64,000 nt of DNA from Camelus dromedarius (taxonomy: Eukaryota). The translations under genes were made by a program, and so were the position numbers. The stretch covers positions 114,082,001-114,146,000 of the forward strand of contig NC_087436.1 of assembly GCF_036321535.1 (NCBI RefSeq). Direction: 5' to 3'. Within the stretch, counting starts at the first letter, position 1. Each line of letters starts with the position of its first letter. Shown here one piece after another: positions 51,501 through 64,000 of this stretch. The notes under the pieces are model-generated. The model worked only from the letters and a program-made list of their open reading frames with translations. It had not been told where the DNA came from and searched no databases.

Positions 51501-51984
51501 CGACACAGACAAGAAAGGACATAGATAAAATCTTTGCCCTTCTTTCCCCTACTACGTGTGTGCAGATTTATTCTCAGGAACAGTGCTTTTCAGAAATCAC
51601 TTCCTCCATACCCTTCTGTGTTATGTATTATTTGCTTACCTTTATCAGCAAAGCCAGAGAGGAGTTTCACTCCAAGTGAACAAGAAGCTGTGCCACCTGC
51701 CATAATAAGACTGTCTGGAGCATCATTTTTACACCTGTAGTATGTCAGTCAATCACCTGAACAGAACAAGAACAAAGCTCCTCTCCATCAGATTGTGTAT
51801 CATGAACTCAGCTCAGGATTTGGTGAAAATTTATCAAATCTACCCCTAGCAAAGGGAGGCACTTATATATTTGCCAAGTTTCTATTTCTGAATATGTCCT
51901 GAGCTTCTCATTCATTCATTCCACAAGCATTTACTAAGCCCCTACTGTGTCTGGGAAAACCAATATGAATAAAAGAATGCTGAT

Positions 51985-52405
51985 CATGGTCAGATTCTCC
52001 AAGAGGAGACCCTGAGACAGGATTCCTGTGCATATGATTCTTAAGTATGTGTCCCTAGCAAGAACCAGTAAAGTGAGTAGAAGAAACAGAGAAGAGAAGG
52101 GATGAAGTCAAACAAGGATGCGGTTTCAGGCAAAGCCCCACAAAAGATTGCTACACCCTGATCCTGCAGAGCCTTGGGATATAAGTTAAATTCCAGAGCT
52201 GGACCCAATTCAGAGCAAGGGAACGGTCTTTCAGATTCCTACACGTCAGTCATTGACAAGGGGTTGTACACTGCACGCAAACCAGCTCCAGTAGCCTAGG
52301 GTTTCAGTGTAGGTCCTGAGAAGCAAAGACACATGGAATCTGGGGCAGAGATACAGAGAGAGTAAAAGGGGTCTGAGGGGGACCTGGGCAGAGCGGCAAC
52401 GGCAT
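51985..52405 (-). mobile_element. ERVL LTR (LTR33/LTR41-like) inserted in an L2 3' end
   Basis: 'ggtcagattctccaagaggagaccctgagacaggattcctgtgca..' to 'gggtctgaggggacctgggcagagcggcaacggcatc'. Flanked by L2 tail text 'cattcattcattccacaagcatttactaagc' (about 51910) and 'ctcaaggaactcatagtctag' (about 52410). Confidence 0.55.
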
Positions 52406-54171
52406 CCTCAAGGAACTCATAGTCTAGCAGACATGATCAGAGAGATGTAATCATGAGTTTTGTACAAAGGAACTCCTGGTATTTGGGTGATCTGGGATCA
52501 GTGTGATTAGCAGGTGTTAGTTATTTGACTCCTTCCTTCACTTGGTAGAGCCATCCTGTCACCAAAAACCTTCAAGTGCTGCAAATAACAGTTGGTCATA
52601 AACATTCAAGTCTATCTACAAAGCTACTCTGAATAGAGCTATTATAAATTAAAATTTCATAATTTGCAATAGGATGAAGGCCTTTTCTCTATTTTTGTTT
52701 GATGTTTGTCAATGTCAAATTTAGTTTGCAGATCAGAAATAAAATAAATCCTTATTGACTCTCATCTGTTTATGAATCTACTTTCAACCTGGTCTAGAAT
52801 TTCTTACTATCAGGGTAGAGCATGTGGCTAAGGATAAAACACTTGTTTAAGTGTTTAATATGAATATCGCAGTGATGCTATTTCTTTCCCAGTGAATTGA
52901 TTCTATCCCAAATGGAGCCAGACAAGATGAAATGACTCTCCCCTAAATTGTGCCGATTTTAACTGTACATGTTTTGACCTGAAAATTGTCTCATCCTTGA
53001 AAGACATAAAGTTGTCTCAAATTTACTCATGATGTATCTCAGAACACATGAAATTGTAGTCCTTCAGAACCTTAAGAAAATTTGAGTGAGAAATTTAGAC
53101 TAACATTTGTTCCAATGAAGATTTAAATGTATCTCTAGAAAATATTATTCCTTCACATGATGGCTCCTCATGGGCCAAAATAAACACCAGTTATGTGCTT
53201 ATCTTTATTCCCACAAATTTCCAGAGATGTTTTTTGGCAACTTACAAGATAGCTTAAGAGCTAACAGAATTGCAAACACTAAAGGTAGAGATAAAATTGC
53301 CAAGCAAGGACAGGGGCAAAGTGAAGCTGGTAAAAGCACAAGAAAGCATATTATAATGGCCTACATATCTATTGGGGTAAAACTAACAATAAAACATATT
53401 AGTTTCTGTGAGTTAGAACAATTTTTTTTTAGGAAAAAATAGACTGATTTTGGAGGAGAAATAGGCTTGCTGCAAAAGTAACAGAAAAAAAATGGTGTCT
53501 ATAAGAGAAAATTAACATCTGATTGTGTAACTTTTATCACACAAGCATAACATGACTTGCACACGCTTGGAAGAACATCAAATTCTATTAAAGCCAAAGC
53601 TGAGTAAGGATTAACTGACAACCTCGAAGTACTTATCTTAAAAAGATATGGAATGCAAAAAAAAAAGGCTGAAATAGGCAGTCTTGTAAAACCCTGCAAA
53701 GGTGATGCAAACCACCCTGAGGAAAGCTGAGTGGAGCCAAAAGAGAGATCAAAATATGATTTGTTTGGGATTGCAAATAAATACACTTATTTTAGTATGA
53801 GTGATTGAAATTTTTGGTGGCACTTGGTCCTGCTTTTCTCATGGCCCTCAGGTAGGTCAGAGTATCAAAGAAGCATGTTATTGCAAATACCCACACAACG
53901 AGGGGCCTTATAATGAGTAAGCCTTGTTGAATGGGACAAGATGGAGCCTCGCACTCCTGAAATCTTGAAAGAATTCACTCCATAAGTAAAACCTACTGTG
54001 TGGATGAATTAAACATTTAGCTCTCAGCTTTTTATCAAGCAACAGAACAATGGAAAACTTATCTGTTATAAGATTCAAAGGATTCATGAAATAAAAATAA
54101 GCCAATGGCTCAGGAGAATTCCAACTTTCCTTGATGCTAAGATCCTATAGGAATTTCTTCTAGGGGGAAAT

Positions 54172-54575
<404 letters not shown>

Positions 54576-55204
54576 TCTTGTGACATGATGAATACAGTGA
54601 CCTGTAAAACTTCCTTACTACAAATCCCACTAAAGTTTCTGGTGGCTGTTTCTTGTAATATTAAAATAGGCTGAATAGAAATTGTAGCAAGATGAAATCC
54701 AGTTTAAAAAAAAAAATCCTTCAAGGCAAGGTCTTGGAAAAAGTTCTTTGGTTATTCTATGTGATGTAGGTGTATATTTAAGGATAGCTCAAAGAGGATG
54801 GGCTGGTGTATTTCAAACAATCCTCCTTGAATACCATTCCTCTCCGTTGATCTTTGTGCAGATACGGAGAAGCGATCAGCTTGGTACGGTTTCTCCTGGT
54901 GAAATGCCTTGAGTTCAACTTGCCCATGTTTTCTGTAGCATACAGAACTGTGTGCCCGAGAGACCAGGAAGTCAAAGGCTGGGAAATAAGTGTTTGGGAG
55001 AACTGAGGAGACAGTTTAGGACAAGTGCCTGAATGCAAGCCTGCCGTATTTCCACCCGGAAGAGAGGAGAAGAACTAGCCAGGATTCACTCAGATTATTT
55101 CCAGTCTATTCATGAAGACTAAATGACCAGCTAAGTAAGACCCTGCATTGCTGAAAAAAAGACAAGGCTAAGTAGATACCAATCTAGAACAAAAGCAAGC
55201 AAAG

Positions 55205-55645
55205 TTTTTAAATTAAATTTTGTACTTTTATACAATTTTAAATGATACTTTCCATTTACAGTTATTACAAAATGTTGGCCATATTCCCTGTGTTGTACAA
55301 TATATCCTTGAGCCTGTCTTACACCCAATAGTTTGTACCGCCCACTCGCTGACCCCTATATTGCCCCTCCTTGCACTGGTAATCACTAGTTTATTCTCTA
55401 TATCTGTGTCTGCTTCTTTCATGTTGTATTCACTGGTTTGTTGCATCTTTTAGATTCTGCATGTAAGCAATATCATGCAGTACTTATCTTTCTTTGTCTG
55501 ACTTATTTCACTTAGCATTATGCTAAGTCCATCCATGTTGTTGCAAATGGCAAAATTTTATTCTTTTTGTGGCTGAGTAGTACTCCATTTCTTCTTTATC
55601 TTTTCATCTGTTCATGGATCTTAGGTTGTTTTCATGCCTTGGTAA
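55205..55645 (-). mobile_element. L1 3' end (antisense)
   Basis: 'atactttccatttacagttattacaaaatgttggccatattccctgtgttgtacaatatatccttgagcct..tctgacttatttcacttagcat..tccatccatgttgttgcaaatggca'. Confidence 0.9.
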
Positions 55646-57345
55646 TCACACAAACAACTTTTTCAAACAGTTCATTAAAGTATCAGTCAAGTATCTAAAT
55701 TTGGGCTATTGTACTTTTTAAAGGAATGTCTAAAATAAGCTGTTTAGAAGATACACAAACAGGCAATAAGGCAATTTGTTGAAGGGCATTGTAATATATA
55801 AGTAATTTAAAATAAACTATCTTGCAACTCCACACTAACTTACATTCCCACCATCAGTGTATTATAATGCTTAATTAGTCTGCACCCCTGTCAGCACTTA
55901 GAGGATAATTGTGCCATATCTTTAGAAAATGAAATAGATTTTTCTATTTACTCAATAATTCCATTTCTAGGCATTTACTCTACATATATACATGCAAACA
56001 TATGACAAAATGTACCAACTGAAAGGTCTGCTTCAGCAGAAAGATGACAACAATTTTAATGTCTGTCCACTGAAGACTGATTAAAATTTATTCATACAGT
56101 GAATTCTGCACTATTTTCAGTGGAGATAAGTTTAAATGGACTGGTGGGGAAATATTTGTTAAATAAGGTGCACAAGTGTGAATGGTAAAACTATTGTGTA
56201 TGTGTGTGTGGAAAACTATTGTGCAAACTATGAACAGACAGAGGCCGATAAGTGGAAAACCAGACTCAAAGAGCCCATCGAGCCTCTCAGCACCCAAATC
56301 CTTGCTCTTTGCACCATATGAAAGGGTAGACATGTCTGGCTTTCATTTCCAGAATACTCAGCTAGTAAACGGTACATCGACACTGGTCAAATGGCAAGCC
56401 CCATACTCTTTCCTCTTACACAGCGTTTCCTACAATCATTGCTGTATCTTAGAGTCGTTTTGTTCTGTTTTTAATTACCATAGAATCAAATCTCCTAACG
56501 GGCAAACCCGGGGATCTTCATTTGGAAGAAGCAACATCCCAGCCTCTTTTGAGTCATGCTTTTCTGGCAAAGAGCCTCCTTTGTTGCTGTTACTGCCTCA
56601 GTTCAAGATGTATCACCACACCCTGGGCAAGCACAACTGTTCAGTAAGAGTGCCTTCCTGTTGGATGGGTGGTCTGACCTCTGATCTTAACATGAACACC
56701 CCGCTGCTGCCCTGATCCCCCACTTTCTCATGGTATCAGTCACAAACCCAGAGAAGCGTTCTCACAAACACCCAATGAGCCTGATTATTCATGTTGAGCT
56801 TGTGTTCAGTAAGTCTTTCTCTCACCGATATCAAGCTTGTCCATTCTGTAACACAGCCTTATGAAGTTATTAACTTACCATGCAATACTTGTATTTTTAT
56901 AAGAATTATGGTCCAAAATCACTGGGTGAGGCAAAAGTCAAACATGTCCCAAGGACTCTGTTCAAGTACACAAGAACAAGCTAAAATAGTTGGCTACCTT
57001 TAGGAGGACATATTTTACAAAATGATAGTAATATTGTAGAATCATACTTACATGGTGAATTAGTCACACTATAAAAAGAATGAGAGAACTTACTGATTAA
57101 AGGATGAACAAATTCACTCAGGGCACTTAGGTGGATTTGCAATTGCTCTTCAAAAGCGCAAACATTTCTAACATTCAGCTGATGAGCAGCAAAGAGCAAA
57201 ACTTTTTGCACTTTGATGCTAAAGTCACTTTTGTATTCAACATCCACTTTGTCCCCGGAACAAGGTTGTGGTCTAATTACTCTAAACGCATTGTTTCTTT
57301 TTTATAGCAATGTTAACAATTAGAGCTTCTGTCCTGATTAGTAGG

Positions 57346-57563
57346 TGTCTTAGTTCTGGATGCAGTAATGAAGTACCATAAACTGGGTGGCTTATAAACA
57401 ACAGAAATTTATTCCTCTCAGCTCCAGAGGCTGGAAGTTCCAGATCAGAGTGACAGCATGATCAGGTTCTGGTGAGGGCCCTCTTTTGGGTTGCAGATGC
57501 CCGTTTTCTCACTGTATTTTCACGTAGTGGAAAAATTTGAGACAGCCCTCTGAGGTTCCTTTT
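57346..57563 (-). mobile_element. MLT1A-like LTR, left part (split by L1)
   Basis: 'tgtcttag..taccataaactgggtggcttataaacaacagaaatttatt..ggttctggtgagggccctctt'; ends in TSD tctgaggttcctttt. Confidence 0.88.
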
Positions 57564-58829
57564 TTTATTCTTATTTTTTTATTGAATTGTAGTCAATTTA
57601 CAATGTTAGTTTCTTGTGTACAGCAAAGCCATTCAGTTATATATATATATATATATATATTTCAGATTCTTTTTTATTACAACTCATCACAAGAAATTTA
57701 ATATAGTTCCCTGTATGGTAGGACCTTGTTATTTATCTATTTTATATATAGTAGTGTGTATCTATTAATCCCAAACTCCTAATTAGCCCTCCTACCACCT
57801 TGCCCCCATTGACCACAGTTTGTTTTCTGTGTCTGTGAATCTATTTCTGGTTTGTAAATAAAATTTGTATCTCTTTAAAGTTTTTTGGGTTCCACATATA
57901 ATCAACATCATGTGATATTTGTCTTTCTCTGTCTGACTTACTTAATATGACAATCTCTAGGTCCATCCATGTTGCTGCAAATGGCATTATTTCATTATTT
58001 TTATGGCTGAATAATATTCCTATATATATATATATATATATATATGCCATATCTTCTTTATCCTTTCATCTGTTGATGGACATTTAGGTTGTTTCCATGT
58101 CTTGGCTATTGTAAATAGTGCTGCTGTGAACATTGGGGTGCATGTGTCTTTTCAAATTGAAGTTTTCTCTGGATATATGACCAAGAATGAGATTGCAGGA
58201 TCATATGATAAGTCTATTTTTAGTTTTTTAAGGAACCTCCATACTGTCCTCCACAATGGCTACACCAATTTACATTTGCACCAATAGTATAAGTGGGTTC
58301 CTTTTTCTCCATACTCTCTTCAGCATTTATTATCTGTAAACTTTTTAATGATGGCCATTCTGACTTGTGTGAGGTGATACTTCATTGTAGTTTTGACATG
58401 CATTTCTCTAATAATTAGTGATATTGAGCATCTTCTCATGTGCCTGTTGACCATCTGGATGTCTTCTTTGGAGAAATGTCTATTTAGGTCCTCTGCCCAT
58501 TTTTTACTTGTGTTGCTTGTTTTTTTGTTTGTTTTTTGTTTCCCATTTAAGCTGTATGAACTGTTTGTATATTTTGGAAATTAGTCCCTTGTCAGTTATA
58601 TCATTTGCAAATATTTTTTCCCATTCTGTAGGTTCCCTTTTCATTTTGTTTATGTTATCTTTAAATGTGCAAAAGCTCTTAAGGTTAATTAGGTCCCATT
58701 TGTTTATTTTTGCTTTTATTTCCATTACTTTAGGAGATGGTTCGAAAAAACATATTGCTGAGATTTATGTCAGTGTTCTGCCTATGTTTTCCTCTAGGTG
58801 TTTTATGGTATCTGGTCTTACATTTAGGT
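57564..58829 (-). mobile_element. 5'-truncated L1 (antisense) with 15-bp TSD
   Basis: Minus-strand ORF2 peptides (MEIKAKINKWDLINLKSFC..WEKIFAND; NEIMPFAATWMDLEIVILS); T-rich tail at left; TSD tctgaggt[t/c]cctttt at 57549-57563 and 58830-58844. Confidence 0.95.
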
Positions 58830-58982
58830 TCTGAGGTCCCTTTTATAAGGGAACTAATCCTGTTCATGAAGGCTCCACCATTGTGACTTAATTACCTCCC
58901 AAAGGCCTCACCTCCTAACAACATCATGTTTAGGATGTTTCAAGTGTGAATTTTAGGAGGACATAACATTAAGTCCATTGCA
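58830..58982 (-). mobile_element. MLT1A-like LTR, right part
   Basis: 'ttttataagggaactaatcc..ttcatgaaggctccacc..taattacctcccaaaggcc..aacattaagtccattgca'. Confidence 0.88.
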
Positions 58983-59069
58983 GTGGAATATTTAAGCTTG
59001 TTTGGATGCAATTATGATTGTACATGTCCAATGATGGTTCCGTATTTACAGTTGCTCCATAGATTTTTC

Positions 59070-59940
59070 TTCTCTTCTTCTTCCAGTTTTATAGAGATGT
59101 AATTGACATATAGTGCTGTTTAAGTTTAAGGTATACATCATGATGATTTGACTTACATACATCACGAAATGATTATCATGGTTATCATTTAGTGAACATC
59201 CATCCTCTCATAAAGATACAAAATGAAAGAAATAGAAACAAATTTTCCTTGTCATGAGAATTCAGGATTTACTCCCTTAACAGCTTTCATATGTAACATG
59301 CAGCTTAACTATATTCATCACGTTGTATATTGCATCCCTAGCACTTACTTATCCTAAAACTGTAAGTTTGTTCTGACATTTGACTGCCTTCATCCAATTC
59401 CCCATCCCCCTACCCCTACCTCTGATAACCACAAATCTGGTCTCTCTTTCTGCGTGTTTTGTTTGTTTGTTTCTTTTTGATGCGTAATTGACCTGTAACA
59501 CTATGCTAGTTCCTGTTATACAACATAGTGCTTTGATATTTCCATACATTTCAAAATGATCACCATGATAAATCTAATTATGATGTGTCACCAAAGATAT
59601 TACTAAGTTATTAACCATATACCCCCACACAATATGCATTTCATACTCAGGACTCATTTATTTTGCAGCTAGAAGTTCGTAGTTCTTAATCTCCCTCACC
59701 TATTTCTCTCCCCACCACCACCACCTTCCTCTCCTCTCATAACCACCTGTTTGTTCTCTGTATCTATGACTCTTTCTGTTTTTCTTATGTTTGTTCATCA
59801 GTTTTGTTTTTAGATTCCACACGTAAGTTAAATTATATAGGATGTGTCTTTGTCTGTCTCAGTTATTTTATTTAGCACAGTAACCTCCAGGTCCACCCAT
59901 GGTGTCACAAATGGCAAGATTTCCTTCATTTTTATGGCTG
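59070..59940 (-). mobile_element. L1 3' UTR (L1MA-type, antisense) with internally duplicated 3' end
   Basis: Two related blocks ('gtaattgacatatagtgctgt..' about 59100 and 'gtaattgacctgtaacactatg..' about 59485), then 'tttttagattccacacgtaag..ccaggtccacccatggtgtcacaaatggcaagatttcc'. Confidence 0.85.
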
Positions 59941-60580
59941 CTCCAGAGATTTTTTAATTCACTAAGAACATTGAATGTGCATGAAGATATGTTCCATCAA
60001 TGTTTGCATTCATATTATCACCACAAATATAATTTTTATTTTTATTGTATTTTCAGTAGCATTTATAATGTGAGATGTGTCATTTTTGACCGAATGAAAT
60101 CCCCAAAGCTTTACCCAGATTTACTGAATAAATAAACAATTGATCAATTACTGGGATGATCTTAATTGATTTTCATTTTACTTGAAAGATCAGATGATAT
60201 CATTTAACTGCTTGCAAAGACTTTTTTTTCTTCTAATGAAACCAACACATTAACAGCTATGCTTTCTTTTTTTTTTGGGGGGGGGTACATATACAAGAAA
60301 AATTAAAATCAAAACCAAAGAAAATAAACTTGGAACAATACCCAATTGATCTGAATAAAAAGCTGTGTTTCATACCATTTGTGGCTGGAATTGTTAATTT
60401 GTCATGTCTGTACAGAATCTGCAGTCAGTGATATCACTATGTCCTTCTTGGTGGATGGTTAAATATCAACAAATATTTTAAGCAAGTTCCTCAATTGTTA
60501 TTAGCTTTCTAAAGAAATTAAAATCCAGTGCCTAGTTTCTCATCAAACATTCACTTTTGCTTATTGAGGTCATTGCTGGC

Positions 60581-60672
60581 AGGAAGAAAGAAAAAGAAAG
60601 AAAGAAAAGAAAGAAAAGAAAGAAAAGAAAGGAAAGAAAGGAAGAAAAGAAAGGAAGAAAAGAAAGGAAGAA

Positions 60673-60767
<95 letters not shown>

Positions 60768-60921
60768 GAAGGAAGGAAGGAAGGAAGGAAGGAAGGAAGG
60801 AAGGAAGGAAAGAAGAAAGGAAGAAAGAAAGGAAGAAAGAAAGAAAGAAAGGAAGAAAGAAAGAAAGAAAGAAAGAAAAAGGAAGGAAGAAAGAAAAAGG
60901 AAGGAAGGAAGAAAGAAAAAG
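60581..60921. repeat. Compound polypurine microsatellite (GAAA/GGAA/GAAAA)
   Basis: 341 bp of purines with a single T at 60765. Confidence 0.97.
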
Positions 60922-61499
60922 CAAGCAAGCATTGTAAAAGAAGCAAACAAAAAGAAAGTATCAAACAATAAAATAAATGAGGTTAGCGATTTACACTACA
61001 AAACAAATGACAAAGCCACTGTGGCAGGGAAGTCAAACTACATTCTATGTGCTCTATGCTTGTGCTCTTCAGACTATGCCCCCATGCTCCCCACTGACAC
61101 TGCTGACTAGAAAACTAAGTGGTTGGCAGAAGAAGCAGCAGCAAATACTTCTCCCACCTCCACTGGAGAGCAGAACAAATTAGCTCTCCAAACACATCCA
61201 AGCACTGTATTTCATCAGCAATTGCCTTGAAGGCTGCCCTGGGAAGGGAGGTGCTAGTTTGTAACTGGACAGGATCAGGAGAAGGGAGACAGGTTATCAC
61301 TGGTTGTTGTTCAAATTTAACCACATGTTAAGAAAGAAAGTTTGTTTACTGAAGCTAGTATTAGACGTCACAGTAGAAAATGTGATTTTTTAAATGTAAT
61401 TTTAAACATAAACCCAGCATAATTAGCTCAAGGTTCACAGAGTGACTAATATACTGACATGACCATTTTGTTGGATCAAGAAACCCCTGTTAAATGGGA

Positions 61500-62080
61500 T
61501 GCAACTTTGGGCACAAGAATCTGTGGTCTCTTCACAGAAGCTGTTAACCTGACAGGATGGTGGGATAGCTTCCTAAAGATGGCATTAATGTACCAGCTTA
61601 GAGATGATACCCTGAAAAGATGTGGTCTATTCTTTAAAGCAGCAGTGAATGATGTTGTGTTCTCCAACAGGTGGCATACACAGGTCCAGGAACCTAAGTG
61701 TGGAAGGGGTGGCCTTACTTGCCAGCATTCCCAGCGACCTAGTTGGCAAATGTATGCTTCCTCTCCTCATAAATCTTGACTCTATGAACGTAGAATTTCT
61801 TGGCCTAGAAAGGGGAAGACTTTCACGGGACACACAGGAACTACCTCACCCAATATAAAACTTCTTGTTACCTTAGACTCCTCATGTCTGCTCATAGCAG
61901 GCAAAGAAAGGAACTGCCTTTCTGGCAGACTTAATGGACCCTGATCATCCTAAGCAGGTAGGATTGCTGCTACATAGAAGAATAAGGAACAAAATCAGGT
62001 GATCCTCTAGTGCCCCCATGCCCAGTTTTACAATAATTGGGCAAATAGAGCAACCAGGACTAAAAACTCAGAACAAGGGC
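61500..62080 (+). mobile_element. ERV-L/MaLR internal remnant (integrase C-terminal part + dUTPase-like relic)
   Basis: Peptides EAVNLTGWWDSFLK..QLRDDTLKRCG and SPTGGIHRSRNLSVEGVALLASIPSDLVGKCMLP resemble ERV-L pol as I recall it (ERWNGLLK..QLGDNTLQGW; SPIARIHGSRNQGVE..PSDPLAKFLLP). Downstream 'gaccctgatcatcctaagcaggtaggattgctgctacat' reads DPDHPKQVGLLLH. Confidence 0.8.
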
Positions 62081-64000
62081 AGGGAAGGAATGAGTAACTG
62101 CAAACTAATAATACCATCTATCACAGCACATTAAGCCAAAAATTAGTTTTGATTTGCTCTGGATTGGAGTGAATTTCCTCCAGGTTCTACTTTGGGCTTT
62201 TAATTACTTTCCATTGTCATTAATAGTTGCCTTACCAGAAGCATGAATACCCTATTTATCCTCTTATAATACTGGGACAATGCCAGGTAATGCTGCCCAG
62301 GCTCAACATAATATTGCAGAAGGAGATTAGGATGGTGTATATATTATTATTTTTTACAGAATTACTTTCAAGACAAACTGAATTTTATTGCCTGAATCAA
62401 ATTTTTATGATTTTTTTTTCAGAGAGGGAACAAATAGGTGTCAGCCATCACAAAGTACATGGTGATGACAATTGGAAGAAATCAAACAGATTTTTATACA
62501 TGAGATTTAATGCTATCTTTGAATAAGCTTAAGGAGGTTTTTGTCAAGGTCCAAACACATGATTCATCACTGCAGAGTGCAAGAGATGAAATTAAGACCA
62601 CTGTGTTTCACTGGAGAGATAAAGAGGCTAACTCTCATCATAACAGCTACTTTTCAAACTCAAGTATCAAGACTGCCTTGGAATAAAGAGATTTGAGGCT
62701 TCTTCAAAAATGATTCCACCCTAGAATCCATATGGATCCAACAAAATTGGTTATTACCAATATCAGAGTTTCCCTGAAAAGTGCAACAGGATTGATGAAG
62801 ATATGTGTCATAGAAAATAGGAGGTGACTTTTCACTGTGAAGGCTGCACAAGTTCTATTATGCTGGATTAGTCAGTCCTCTCTGGGATGTAGCCTTCTAC
62901 AACCCGAGGGCCACCAAGAATGGTCTGATGCTTCTCACTAGGACAGTCAGACTCTCTCAGCCTTTTGGACTGGAGGAGGATTGGTTGTGGGTGATGGAGG
63001 AAAAAGAAGGATTGAGAATTCCTCCTATGTGTTTGGCTTGAACTACAGAATATGATGTCATTTTGCTGAGATAAAAGGAGCTGGTAAAGAAAAATCATAA
63101 ATCCATGGTAAATGTACCTTCCTACTTCTTACTCTATTGAGAGCTAGAAGTTTTGCTTTTCACCAGTCTTGATGATGGACTGTTTGAAATGGAACTACTT
63201 GCCTTTCTGTTCTTCGAGTCTCTTGATGGGACTGCCCATCTGAAACACTCCAGACAATAGTTCTGAATCTTGTTCTCTCTCTTCTCTGCACTCACCAGTG
63301 TCACTTTGACTATTTTTGTGGCTTTATTTTTTTTCTTTTAAAGAAGCTTATAGTGATATTTTTGTCTCACTCAGTTTCAACTACCTCTTCAAGCTGAAGT
63401 GGGTGCATAAATTTTCAAGATGTTATTTCAAAGGCCAGACTTACTGATGGAAAACAGAAGACAAAACAGAAGGTTTCTTTTCATACAAGAAAAGTTATAT
63501 GAATAGAGGTGACATATCTAGATGTATCTAGGACCAGAAGTAGCCTTTCTGTATGGCCAAGAAAAGATAATGTAATTTGAAAAAACTTACAATATCTGAT
63601 TTTTGTTCCCAAATATCAATTCTACTACCTGCTTCACTCACTTCAGTTTTGTTTCTTTAGATCTTGAAAGTCATTCTTAAGTGAATGGGATTTTCCCTTC
63701 CTTGATAATCTCATCAAAAACTATGGTTCAGGAAACTAAATGTTCTTGTAGTGGAACATAAAGTTAGACTAGAAGTTGGGGTCTAACCTTTACTTCTTAT
63801 TATCTAAAACAGTGCCAGGAAATTGGACCACTCAGAGTGAAGGCAAGAAGCAAGATCAAGCTAACAAGTAGTATGACCTCACAATGAAGATATTATTGAA
63901 ATTGGTTTTAAGAGCATTCAGACTTCCCAGGAATTGTCAGTCCTTCATATCCTTCTAAGAACTGGCAGCCCTTCAAGAACAAAAAAGGGAGAGAAGGGAG

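Noticed and set aside
54841..54870. Small hairpin tctccgt..atct-ttgtgc-agat..acggaga (IRE- or miRNA-like?)
   Set aside because: Loop is not CAGUGN and the stem is far too short for a pre-miRNA; compatible with chance.
56182..56715. 177-aa plus-strand ORF
   Set aside because: Begins in old L1-like sequence, has no recognisable domain and no clear splice or promoter context.
60528..60968. Lys/Glu/Arg-rich and Phe/Leu/Ser-rich ORFs
   Set aside because: Translations of the second polypurine microsatellite.

Overview
This is repeat-rich mammalian (eutherian) DNA with no recognisable host protein-coding exon, RNA gene or CRISPR array; it looks intergenic or deeply intronic. Old eutherian repeats (MIR, L2, MLT1/MaLR, ERVL LTRs, MER5A/MER58, a Tigger1 derivative) are overlaid by younger L1 insertions. 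The L1 3' UTRs look cetartiodactyl-type and no Alu, B1/B2, Bov-A/BovB, PRE-1 or Can-SINE copy was recognised, so a camelid-like genome is my inference. The most notable structure is a three-layer nest at 4330-8770: a MIR split by a 5'-truncated L1, whose 3' target-site duplication was then hit by a 2.87-kb L1 derivative. That derivative has an intact 5' UTR, a 300-codon ORF1 with one nonsense codon, and a 3' UTR with A-rich tail. It lacks all of ORF2 except the last 122 codons, giving an ORF1-only 'half-L1' (HAL1-like) architecture. Its junction resumes immediately after what is a CAG in the neighbouring L1, so it may derive from a spliced RNA. Other highlights are a clean ERV1 solo LTR (36838-37410) with a ~23-bp-period CCAAT array, two octamers and a TATA box; two 340-400 bp polypurine microsatellites; two ERV-L integrase/dUTPase relics; and a few speculative splice or regulatory signals in unique DNA. 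Repeat family names come from my recognition of motifs, not a database search, and most old-repeat boundaries are approximate.
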